This document shows positions 28,836 through 37,868 of a DNA stretch of 64,000 nt, piece after piece. Within the stretch, counting starts at the first letter, position 1; every line of letters starts with the position of its first letter. The position numbers and the translations under genes are program-made. The notes below the pieces were generated by a model that was given only the letters and a program-made list of their open reading frames with translations, was not told the DNA's origin and did no database searches. Source of the DNA: an uncultured Spirochaetota bacterium (lineage in GTDB: Bacteria > Spirochaetota > Brevinematia > Brevinematales > JAOACQ01); contig CAWIGG010000004.1 of the NCBI GenBank assembly GCA_963835575.1, forward strand, positions 96,001-160,000, written 5' to 3'.

Positions 28836-30584
28836 ATGGGAAAAGTCATCGGTATTGACCTGGGAACGACATTTTCAGCCGTCGCGTGCTTAACGGAAAA
28901 AGGAAAACCTCAAATTATAACCGACCGGCATGGGAATAAAACCATGCCTTCCATAATAGCCTTCGGCGAGAACGGCATTTTGACCGGACAGGCGGCTTCG
29001 AATAAAGAGCTGACAGCTCCGGAATCGGTCGTGAAAAGAATAAAAAGAAAAATGGGCACGGACTATAAATTCTCTTATCAGGGCAGGGAATATTCCCCCG
29101 AGGAGCTTTCATCCTATATTATCAAGGAGCTGAAACAGCAGGCGGAAGAATACCTGCATACAAAGGTCAATGACGCCATCATTACCGTACCGGCCTATTT
29201 TAACGACAATCAGCGCCAGGCGACAAAAACGGCCGGCAAACTGGCGGGCCTGAACGTCCTCAGGATCATTAACGAGCCCACGGCGGCCTCTCTTTCTTAC
29301 GGCATAGAGCCGGGCGATGATGTGAATATCATTGTTTATGATCTGGGCGGCGGCACTTTTGACGTGTCCGTTCTGAATGTCGCCGAAGGCGTTTTTGAGG
29401 TGATCGCGACGGCCGGCGATAATAACCTCGGCGGGGAGGATTTTAATAAACGAATCATGGATGTACTCCTGAGTAATTTTAAAAAGGAAAACGGCATCGA
29501 CCTTTCCGAAGACCCGCTGGCGATGGCTAAAATATACGGCGCCGTCGAGAAGGCGAAAATTGAGCTTTCCACTCAGGAAAAGGCGAGGATTTTTCTTCCC
29601 TTTGTGACGGCCGATGAAAAAGGCCCGAAAAATATCGATTTTGAGCTGAACAGGTCAGAGTTTGAGGAATTGATCAATGATTATGCCGGAAGGACAATAG
29701 AGCTCTGTTCCCAGGCCGTTTCTGACGCGGGCTTGAAAATAAAAAATATCGACAAAGTAATCATGGTAGGCGGTTCTTCAAGGATCCCGCTCTTTCATAA
29801 GAAGCTCGAGGGGCTTTTCGGCCAAAAAGCCGAAGGGGTCCTGAATCCCGAGGAAGTCGTCGCGTGCGGCGCAGCCATCCAGGGCGGGATCGTGGGAGGC
29901 GATGTCAGCGGGGTTGTGCTCGTGGATGTCACTCCGCTCTCCATGGGCATTGAAGTGGAGAACGGTTATTTTGTTCCCATCATCGAAAGGAACACGCCCA
30001 TACCCACATCGGCGAGAAGGGTTTTCACAACCATATCGGATAACCAGAAAAACGTCGATATTCATGTTATGCAGGGCGAAAGCATGTACAGCCGGAATAA
30101 TATATCGCTCGGGAAATTCCGCCTGGAAGGGATCAGGAACGCTTTGAAAGGCGAGCCGAGGATTGAGGTCAATTTCGAGCTGGACGTGAACGGGATACTT
30201 CTGGTGAACGCGATGGACCTCGATACGAAAAACACCCAGCAGGTCACGATTGTCAATGAAAACCGTATGTCGGACAGGGAACTGGAGCGCATACAGAAGG
30301 AATACATAGAAAAATTTGATCAGGAAATAAAAAAGCGCGATGTGCTGGATACGATCCTGAAACTGAAAACAAAGGCGGAATCCATGATCACAAAATTGGA
30401 CCATGTCCTGCCGCCGGTTTATAAAAAAGCCCTGCTTAAAAATGAGATTGACGAGATCCAGAGGACCATCAGCCAGTCGGTGAAAGAGCTTGACCCGAAT
30501 AAAATAGAAAGGTCCATTGAAAGGCTTGATTTTCTTATGAATGAGAGCCTGGCGGGAAGCTACCATGGAGATATGACGGCATGA
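28836..30584 (+). CDS. Hsp70/DnaK-family chaperone (paralog with divergent C-terminus)
   Basis: GIDLGTT, TVPAYFND, RIINEPTAA, DLGGGTFDVS, VGGSSRIP, DVTPLSMGIE. Confidence 0.93.
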   Translation: MGKVIGIDLGTTFSAVACLTEKGKPQIITDRHGNKTMPSIIAFGENGILTGQAASNKELTAPESVVKRIKRKMGTDYKFSYQGREYSPEELSSYIIKELKQQAEEYLHTKVNDAIITVPAYFNDNQRQATKTAGKLAGLNVLRIINEPTAASLSYGIEPGDDVNIIVYDLGGGTFDVSVLNVAEGVFEVIATAGDNNLGGEDFNKRIMDVLLSNFKKENGIDLSEDPLAMAKIYGAVEKAKIELSTQEKARIFLPFVTADEKGPKNIDFELNRSEFEELINDYAGRTIELCSQAVSDAGLKIKNIDKVIMVGGSSRIPLFHKKLEGLFGQKAEGVLNPEEVVACGAAIQGGIVGGDVSGVVLVDVTPLSMGIEVENGYFVPIIERNTPIPTSARRVFTTISDNQKNVDIHVMQGESMYSRNNISLGKFRLEGIRNALKGEPRIEVNFELDVNGILLVNAMDLDTKNTQQVTIVNENRMSDRELERIQKEYIEKFDQEIKKRDVLDTILKLKTKAESMITKLDHVLPPVYKKALLKNEIDEIQRTISQSVKELDPNKIERSIERLDFLMNESLAGSYHGDMTA

Positions 30585-31213
30585 AAACTTTTTATGACAT
30601 TCTCGACGTTCCGCGGGATGCGGACGGCAGGGCGATCAAAACGTCCTACAGGAAGCTGGTCAAAAAATTCCACCCCGATGTGAATAAAGGCGTTCCGGCG
30701 AAGACCTCAAAAAATTTTGAGGAGATAACCGGGGCCTACAATGCGCTCATCCATCCTGAAAAAAGAAAAGCGTATGATCAGAAGCTCGCCAATAAATCCG
30801 GCGGCCTCTCCATGCTGTTGTTCCCATTCAGGGAATTAAGGAACTGGATTTCATCCTCTTCCATTCTCCGTTTATTATTCTCAAACAAAAAAGTCTCTAA
30901 AGATATCCGGCCGGTCGATCCTTCCATAATAGAGCTTTCCGTCGATGAGCTTTTACAGAGGATCATCTATTCGAAAAATGTGCATGTCCAGATCCACGCT
31001 GTCCGGGCGCTGATCGCGAAAGGCAGGCATTATGCCGTGCATGATCTCCTCAGGATACTCTATTCCAGCATCCATGAGGATGTTAAAATTGAGATCGTCG
31101 AAGGATTGAAAAAATATCATGAATCCAGGATCAAGAAAGTGCTCCGCGAGATTTATGGTATTGAGAAGAGCTATAAGGTCAGGGAAGTCATAAGAAACTT
31201 TATAAAAGTTTAA
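30581..31213 (+). CDS. J-domain protein with HEAT-like C-terminus
   Basis: FYDILDV...YRKLVKKFHPDVN; ATGA overlap with Hsp70. Confidence 0.88.
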   Translation: MKTFYDILDVPRDADGRAIKTSYRKLVKKFHPDVNKGVPAKTSKNFEEITGAYNALIHPEKRKAYDQKLANKSGGLSMLLFPFRELRNWISSSSILRLLFSNKKVSKDIRPVDPSIIELSVDELLQRIIYSKNVHVQIHAVRALIAKGRHYAVHDLLRILYSSIHEDVKIEIVEGLKKYHESRIKKVLREIYGIEKSYKVREVIRNFIKV

Positions 31214-31421
31214 CAAAAATATTTTCTCTTCTTTTTGACCGGCAATAATTGCCGGGGATTCTTCTTAACTTTTATTTTCTTTGGAAATGCAAATGGAGTT
31301 TTTGTCACGACTGGCAGCCGGGGCATCGCTTTCCTGGTATTTTGTTTAGACAAAAGGGAATGAGGTTGCCTAGCTTGTCGAGGCATTTTTTTAAAAAAAA
31401 GAAAGAAAGGACACTGAACCC

Positions 31422-32090
31422 CTACCTGTGTTTCGTCACCCCTATCTTCGGACAGTAAGTTTCGACTGGGCATGTGGAGCAGAGCGGCGAGATGGGCCTG
31501 CAGATCGTCTGGCCGAAGGCGACAAGGATGTCGTTATACTCGATCCACCATTCCGCGGGAAGCTTTTCACGCAGCCTGAATTCAGTCTCGTCCGGCATTT
31601 TAGTTCTGACATAACCCCAGCGGTTGGATATCCGGTGCACATGCGTGTCCACACAGATGCCCGGCTTATTATAGCCGAGCGTAATGACAAGGTTCGCCGT
31701 TTTCCTGCCGACGCCCGGCAGCTTGAGAAGCTCGTCCAGGTCGTCCGGTACTTTTGAATGGTATTCCCCGATAAGTATCCTCGATATCTGAATGATCCTC
31801 GCCGCTTTCACTTTATAAAAACCGACGGGATAAATGAGCTTCCTTATTTTTTCCTCCGGAATCAGGACCATTTCCTCCGGCGTTTTTGCCGCATCGAAGA
31901 GCTTTTTGACCGCTCCGGCCGTTGTCTCATCCTTTGTCCGGAGGCTTAATAGAGTTGAGATCAGGATTTTATACGGCGTTCCCCGGGAATTTTTCACATA
32001 TGTGACAATGGGCGCATGCCATGAAGGGTATTCCTTTTTTAACAGGGACAACATCGCCGTTACAGTTTCCGTAGAAGTCAGGGCGCGCAT
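31422..32090 (-). CDS. nth: Endonuclease III
   Basis: [12 protein letters not shown]h[11 protein letters not shown]6-C-X2-C-X5-C FeS motif. Confidence 0.95.
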   Translation of the reverse strand: MRALTSTETVTAMLSLLKKEYPSWHAPIVTYVKNSRGTPYKILISTLLSLRTKDETTAGAVKKLFDAAKTPEEMVLIPEEKIRKLIYPVGFYKVKAARIIQISRILIGEYHSKVPDDLDELLKLPGVGRKTANLVITLGYNKPGICVDTHVHRISNRWGYVRTKMPDETEFRLREKLPAEWWIEYNDILVAFGQTICRPISPLCSTCPVETYCPKIGVTKHR

Positions 32091-32099
32091 ATTTCTTTC

Positions 32100-33287
32100 C
32101 TATAATCCATGAATGATCCTATTGAAAGTGTCGATTTGATGCTCTTCCATTATCCTCTTCACCACATAACGGGTGTAATCACCCTCAAGATCAATCTGGA
32201 GCGGATGTTTGGCAAGCTTATCAAAACCCCTTTCCTTTGTTTTAGGGGAAAGGAATATATTGACAATCGGGCGCAGGGTATAGGGGCTGAGCCTGTGCCC
32301 TATGACATAAGCGATTTCGCCTGTATTCAGTATAACAAATGAATTGACAGGATAGATCGGTTCTTCATTGATCTTTTTGGCCATATCCCTCAAAAAAACC
32401 TGGGCGACAGTGGGATTGAATTTTTTGCCGGAGTTTTCCATAAAGAATGTAAAGGAATCATGGAACGGGATCGGTTCTTTATAAGGCCTTCTGGAAGTCA
32501 TGGCGTCAAACACATCGGCTATGGAAATGATCTGCGAATAAATATTCTGCTTCTCATGATCAATCCCGAGGGGATATCCGCCCCCGGTATAATTCTCATG
32601 ATGGCAGAGAATGGCTTTTTCCACCAGGCTGCCGAATGTATTCGCGCCGCGGATGATATTATAGCTGTAAACCGGATGGTTCCTGACGATTTTCCATTCC
32701 TCGACGTTCAGATTGGCAGGTTTTTCTATTATTTTTTCCGGGATCATTATTTTGCCGATATCATGGAGCAGACCCGCCACGCCGAGAATGCGGATTTTAT
32801 CCCCTTCCATATTAAGCGAAAGCCCCAGAAGCATGGACAGGGTCGCGACGTTAATGGAATGCGTATAGGTATAGTCGTCATACTGGTAAAGGTCCAGAAG
32901 GTTGAGATAGGCATCGCTGTTCTGTTTGATATCACTGATAAAACCGGTTATAACCTCATCAATTAGTTTTTCCGGGATCTGCCCGCGGCTCCCCTCGTTT
33001 TTGATCATGCCGTGTATGTCTTCAACAAGAGACACGGCCTTTTCCAGATGAGTATCGGAAACCATTGACCTGGACACTTTCTTCTTAAGTTTAAGTCTTT
33101 CCCTTGTGTACTGGATTGTTTTTACTCCCCTTTCCTTGAGATCGATTATCAATTCCTGTGTGAGCGGGGAATCTTTCTCAATGACCTTATTGCCCTTTTC
33201 ATCATAACCGTCGCCTTTTAAGATCATTCCCGGGTATAGAAAATTCGCATAGACCTGCACTCTCATCAGATCGTTTCTATAGTCCAT
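32100..33287 (-). CDS. HD-GYP domain c-di-GMP phosphodiesterase
   Basis: YTYTHSINV, LLHDIGK, HHENYTGGGYP, IADVFDAMTSRRPYK. Confidence 0.92.
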   Translation of the reverse strand: MDYRNDLMRVQVYANFLYPGMILKGDGYDEKGNKVIEKDSPLTQELIIDLKERGVKTIQYTRERLKLKKKVSRSMVSDTHLEKAVSLVEDIHGMIKNEGSRGQIPEKLIDEVITGFISDIKQNSDAYLNLLDLYQYDDYTYTHSINVATLSMLLGLSLNMEGDKIRILGVAGLLHDIGKIMIPEKIIEKPANLNVEEWKIVRNHPVYSYNIIRGANTFGSLVEKAILCHHENYTGGGYPLGIDHEKQNIYSQIISIADVFDAMTSRRPYKEPIPFHDSFTFFMENSGKKFNPTVAQVFLRDMAKKINEEPIYPVNSFVILNTGEIAYVIGHRLSPYTLRPIVNIFLSPKTKERGFDKLAKHPLQIDLEGDYTRYVVKRIMEEHQIDTFNRIIHGL

Positions 33288-33312
33288 ATGAAACTCCCCC
33301 ATCAACAAAATC

Positions 33313-34683
33313 CTATTCTACTTCCTCTCCTCCGCTATTAACGCCGTATTCCTCCAGCTTCCTCAAGAGGGTCTTCCTTCCAATACTTAAAATTTTCGCT
33401 GCTTTGGACTTATTCCAGTTTGTATAATCAAGCGTTGTCAAAATCGCCTTTTTTTCTATTTCATCCATTGTTGAGCCGATTTCCATAATCATGGCCTTTT
33501 GATTAACGCTCCCCGTGATATTATCCGGAAGCATCTCGACCGTAATCAAATCGCCGCGGCACAGCACAACCAGGTTTTCAATCAGGTTTTGAAGCTCCCG
33601 CACGTTCCCCGGCCACGTATAAAACTCAAGGAACTTCAGCGCGTTCGGCTGGATCCCTTTCACGCTTTTGCTATGTTTATGAGAATAATACTTGATGAAA
33701 TATTCGCAGAAAATGGGAATATCATCCTGCCTTTCGCGGAGGGGCGGAAGATGGAGATTGACAATATTGAGGCGGTAAAAAAGATCTTCCCTGAATTTGC
33801 CTTCCTCCACCAGTTTTTTCAGATTTTTATTAGTCGCCGTTATAATCCGGATATTGACCTTTAATGTTTCCTCGCCGCCGACCCTTTCAAATTCCTGCTC
33901 CTGCAGAACGCGCAGAAGCTTGACCTGCATGTTCAGGGTAATATCCCCTATTTCATCCAGAAATATCGTGCCGCCGTCGGCAAGCTCAAACCGCCCTTTT
34001 TTCCGGGCAATAGCTCCCGTGAATGAGCCCTTTTCATGGCCGAAGAGCTCGCTTTCAAGGAGCGTTTCCGGCAGAGCGGCGCAGTGCACTTTAATAAAAG
34101 GCCCCTTGGAGCGCTTGCTGTTTATATGAATGCTGTTGGCTATCACTTCCTTTCCTGTACCGCTTTCGCCCGAAATGAGTACTGAGGCGTCCGTCGGGGC
34201 AACCTGCCGGACAATCTGCAGGACTTTTTGAAAGGACTTTGAATTTCCGATGATATTTTTAAAACTGAACCTTTCGTCAAGCATTTCCTCAAGCTGGTTC
34301 TGCCGCTGTTTAAGACGCGTTTCCCCGATGGCGCGATTCAGGACAAGAGACAGCCTGTCCAGATTGACAGGCTTGGTCAGAAAATCATAAGCGCCGCGCT
34401 TCATCGCCTCGACGGCTTCATCCACGCCGCCATGGCCGGTTAAAATCAGTATCGGGGCTTCATTGCCCAGCGCGTGGGCCTGTTTTAAGAAATCCATACC
34501 GCCGAGCCTCGGCATTTTTAAATCCAGAACAACTGCGTCGGCGCCGATCGTTTTCAGCTTTTCAAGGCCGTCCGCCCCGTCCTCGGAAGCGTATACGTCA
34601 TAGCCTTCCATCTTCAGTCCGCTCTTAAGGGCTTCGCGTATGTTCTTTTCGTCGTCAATAACCAGGACCAGAGGTTTTTCCAT
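33313..34683 (-). CDS. Sigma-54-dependent response regulator (NtrC family: REC-AAA-Fis HTH)
   Basis: VIDDE...LDLKMP REC; GESGTGKE, GSFTGA, FLDEIG, WPGNVREL; start at ATG 34683 with GGAGG. Confidence 0.95.
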   Translation of the reverse strand: MEKPLVLVIDDEKNIREALKSGLKMEGYDVYASEDGADGLEKLKTIGADAVVLDLKMPRLGGMDFLKQAHALGNEAPILILTGHGGVDEAVEAMKRGAYDFLTKPVNLDRLSLVLNRAIGETRLKQRQNQLEEMLDERFSFKNIIGNSKSFQKVLQIVRQVAPTDASVLISGESGTGKEVIANSIHINSKRSKGPFIKVHCAALPETLLESELFGHEKGSFTGAIARKKGRFELADGGTIFLDEIGDITLNMQVKLLRVLQEQEFERVGGEETLKVNIRIITATNKNLKKLVEEGKFREDLFYRLNIVNLHLPPLRERQDDIPIFCEYFIKYYSHKHSKSVKGIQPNALKFLEFYTWPGNVRELQNLIENLVVLCRGDLITVEMLPDNITGSVNQKAMIMEIGSTMDEIEKKAILTTLDYTNWNKSKAAKILSIGRKTLLRKLEEYGVNSGGEEVE

Positions 34684-35097
34684 GGGCCTTCCTCCCTCTC
34701 TTATTATAGTAGAATGAAGAAAAAAAGTCATACCTTTTTTCATTTAATAATTTAATTAAAAAATTCACACCTTCTGATGATGCAGCGCTTATCATTTACC
34801 GCAGAGAGCGCAGAGATATTGAAAAAATAGATTAATTTTTTCATTCCGAATTAAACTCTAAATCAATCAATATTTTGAAATATATATTTAGAATATTTTT
34901 TATAAGCACCGATTGAAGTTAAGCAGGCGGCTTGAAGTATAACTAAATCCTTATAAATCCGTCTCATCAATGCAAATCGTGTGAAATTGGGGTCAAAACA
35001 GAAAACTTTTTGTAAAAGCATTAAAGTCATTTAATTCAATATTTTTTGTATTATAAATTAGAATTTAGATAGTTCTCTGCGGCTGATTCAGCTTCAT

Positions 35098-36057
35098 TCA
35101 GTTATTCGTCATGGAAGCAACATATTGAAAATAGTCAAAAACATCCCGGAAGACAATTTTTTTTTCTTTGAAAAGGTCGGCATTATTTGTTAAAAAACGG
35201 GAGAAGGCCTGAACTTCGGGAGCGGCGTTCCCGTTGGAATGGACAAGAAGTATTTTCCAGTTCCGGATTTTATTCCCCATCCAGACATTGGCGTCAAGGG
35301 CAAGAATATTGATGGAACTTAATGCCCGTATATCCTCCCGGGAATGTTTAAACCCCGGAAAGCGGAAAATATAAGAAGGAAGAAGCCCGTTTTCCAGCAT
35401 GACCCTCTCGTTATTAGTAACCTCGGCAGTCAATAAACCGGAGGTATGGCTGTTTGTCAGGATAATATGTCTGTAAGAATGATTGCCCGCTGTAAATGAG
35501 AAGGGATAGCTTTTAATCTTTTCCAGGTCAAGGGAATGCTTTTCAATCCATTTTCCCGAAAAAAACAGGATAAGAGGTATATTTGTGCCTGCCTGACTAT
35601 TAAAATTGCTGATGCTGTCATAAAACAACCTTGCATAGCGGGGGTTTGCCGGGCAGAGGTCCGACGTCAAAACAAGGTTTGTATAAGATCCGGCTGGAAA
35701 TTTCTCCGCGCTGTTCCCGAAAGGCAGCTTCCGGTCAAGTTGAATTTTCATTAATTTAAAGAACATGGCGTTTGAAGACGCGGCGTTGGTCCATGCAGTC
35801 ATGTCCTGTTCTTTCCATTCATCTGTTAATCCATACTGCAATGTGCCTGTATTGATATAATAGTAGTTTGTCTTATTTTCAGGACCTAAAAACTCTCTTG
35901 TAATGATAATGGAAGGGTTGTTCTTTAAACAGTATTGAACGGTTTTATAAGACCGTACCGGTTTGATCGGACTTATGATTGAATTATTATAATTAAAAGT
36001 AAAAGACCGCCCGGTAAAAATAATGATTAAAACCGCGGCAAGCGCCGGCCTTATCAT
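35098..36057 (-). CDS. Exported polysaccharide-deacetylase-like protein
   Basis: LTSDLCP, FFSGKW, GNHSYRH, FRFPG motifs; signal peptide. Confidence 0.7.
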   Translation of the reverse strand: MIRPALAAVLIIIFTGRSFTFNYNNSIISPIKPVRSYKTVQYCLKNNPSIIITREFLGPENKTNYYYINTGTLQYGLTDEWKEQDMTAWTNAASSNAMFFKLMKIQLDRKLPFGNSAEKFPAGSYTNLVLTSDLCPANPRYARLFYDSISNFNSQAGTNIPLILFFSGKWIEKHSLDLEKIKSYPFSFTAGNHSYRHIILTNSHTSGLLTAEVTNNERVMLENGLLPSYIFRFPGFKHSREDIRALSSINILALDANVWMGNKIRNWKILLVHSNGNAAPEVQAFSRFLTNNADLFKEKKIVFRDVFDYFQYVASMTNN

Positions 36058-36671
36058 ACGGTGATTCCCGCCTTACTCAACCCGTTTTTGATATCATCGA
36101 GCGATTGGACCAGCGTGCTCTGGATCCCCATTCCGGACGCTATTTCAATATTGCCGCTGTTATCATCAAAAAAGAGGATGTCGGACGGATTGATTTTAAA
36201 GTATTCCATGACTGTTTCAAATGCGGCTTTTTCCGGCTTGCGCGAGCGGATCTTATGGGATAAAAACAATTTGTCAAAATAGACAAGCGCTTTATTATAA
36301 TGTTCCAGGAAAAACTTCTCATGGATCTCGTTTGTGTTGCTGAGCGCCGCGACATAATAATAAGGCTTAAGGCACTGGAAAATATTCTCTATTCCGGGCA
36401 TCACATCAGTGAACATCGCGTTAAAGCTCGATTCGAATTCCCGGTCGGTAAACGAATAGCCTATTTTTTTGGAAATATATTTCTTAAAGCGGTTTCCGGA
36501 AATTTCACCCCTCTCGAATTTGTGAAACATCTCGCCGGAGAAATCAAACCTGGACAGGATCACATCTTCGGGAATACCGCTGTATTCCGACCATTTTTTT
36601 AAAGTTTTTCCCGTTGAATACTTTATGACCACATTCCCCAGATCAAAAAGCATTAATTTAGGCAATGTCAC
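36054..36671 (-). CDS. HAD-family phosphatase (YihX-like)
   Basis: FDLGNVV, ALSNTN, RKPE, FFDD; GTG start after GGAGG. Confidence 0.9.
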   Translation of the reverse strand: MTLPKLMLFDLGNVVIKYSTGKTLKKWSEYSGIPEDVILSRFDFSGEMFHKFERGEISGNRFKKYISKKIGYSFTDREFESSFNAMFTDVMPGIENIFQCLKPYYYVAALSNTNEIHEKFFLEHYNKALVYFDKLFLSHKIRSRKPEKAAFETVMEYFKINPSDILFFDDNSGNIEIASGMGIQSTLVQSLDDIKNGLSKAGITV

Positions 36672-36711
36672 TTTCTTCCTCCCAATTATTAAGGCAATTA
36701 TTATAACACTT

Positions 36712-37461
36712 TTATTTCCTATTAGCAAAAAGCCGGCCGATATCTTTTTTCATCCGCTCATAATGCGTCCCTTTCCAGTAAACTTTTCCGCATGACGAGC
36801 ACTGGTAAAAATCATTGAAATATTTTTTTGTGTTCTCTTCCAGGACTTCTTTTACAGTCTCCGCCGGGACGCTGACTATCTCGCCGTTGCATTCCAGACA
36901 GCGGATCAGCGGATAGAGCGAATCCCATAAATCAAACCTGTCCAGTACCTGCCTGAGCTGTTCCTGCGGATAGATTGAGCGGACGAGATACCCGAAACGG
37001 ACCAGGCCGTTCTTTAAAATACCCCTGTCCCGCGTCAATATGATCCTTTTTTCCCTGTTAGAAAGTTCTATGATGGTATTGTCATCCCATTCCGGATTAT
37101 AAGAGGCGTCAAAACCGAGGATCCTGAGATGCTTGACAAGCCGGCCCAGATGGACATCCAGAATAAAACGGCCGGCCGGATAACCTTTTTCGAGGACTTT
37201 GCTCAGATTATTTATTTCTATATTCTTAAAGAATGGATAGACCGCGATCTGGTCATTATTCTGAAGCCTGTACTTCCAGCCGGCGGAAAGCCCGTTGACT
37301 ATGATAAGCCCGACCTCCGTATGAGGGACCCCTTCGGACTCAATCACGTCCTTTATCCCCGGCGATACTTTAAAATGGACATCATACCGGATTCTTTTTG
37401 AAGGTATGATAAGGTCCTTCAAATTGCCGTAAAAGCGAATGGAACAAACATTTTCATTCAT
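36712..37461 (-). CDS. Ubiquitin-like + Mut7-C RNase (PIN-fold) domain protein
   Basis: KDVIESEGVPHTEV, FILDVHLGRLVKHLRILGFD, LTRDRG, RCLECN...CSSCGKVYWKGTH. Confidence 0.88.
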   Translation of the reverse strand: MNENVCSIRFYGNLKDLIIPSKRIRYDVHFKVSPGIKDVIESEGVPHTEVGLIIVNGLSAGWKYRLQNNDQIAVYPFFKNIEINNLSKVLEKGYPAGRFILDVHLGRLVKHLRILGFDASYNPEWDDNTIIELSNREKRIILTRDRGILKNGLVRFGYLVRSIYPQEQLRQVLDRFDLWDSLYPLIRCLECNGEIVSVPAETVKEVLEENTKKYFNDFYQCSSCGKVYWKGTHYERMKKDIGRLFANRK

Positions 37462-37698
37462 ATAAACCTTTATTTTATTATTAATTTTATGAGACTTTAA
37501 AAACCATTACTTCAAATTATTATAAATCCATACAGTTATAATTAAATCGGCTTTTAGTTTTTTGCTTTCGCCTGTTTAATCCTTATTTCGTCATTCATGA
37601 TTTAAAATATAAACCTGTTTCATAAGATTTTCCAGATAAATCCGATAAAAGTATATACAAACAGAGTTACTGCAAAATGCTCTTGTTTATGCATAACA

Positions 37699-37847
37699 GC
37701 CGTCATTGCGAGCATTTCGCATTATACTTCGTTACTGATTATAGCGCGAAGCAATCTGTCGATTCATTAGGTTGCTTTATTTGCAGACAGATTGCTTCGC
37801 ATTATGGTTTTCGGCAGAGTATAAAGCCGGGTGCTCGCAATGACGGC
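37699..37847. repeat. Family B palindromic element, copy 3
   Basis: GCCGTCATTGCGAG...CGAAGCAATCTGTC...GACAGATTGCTTCG...CTCGCAATGACGGC. Confidence 0.88.
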
Positions 37848-37868
37848 TTTAAGACAAGGAGTCACTGA

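Noticed and set aside
29778..30566. 262-aa minus-strand ORF
   Set aside because: Antisense shadow of Hsp70, a common artefact
37677..37868. 63-aa ORF upstream of the OmpA gene
   Set aside because: Consists almost entirely of the family B repeat
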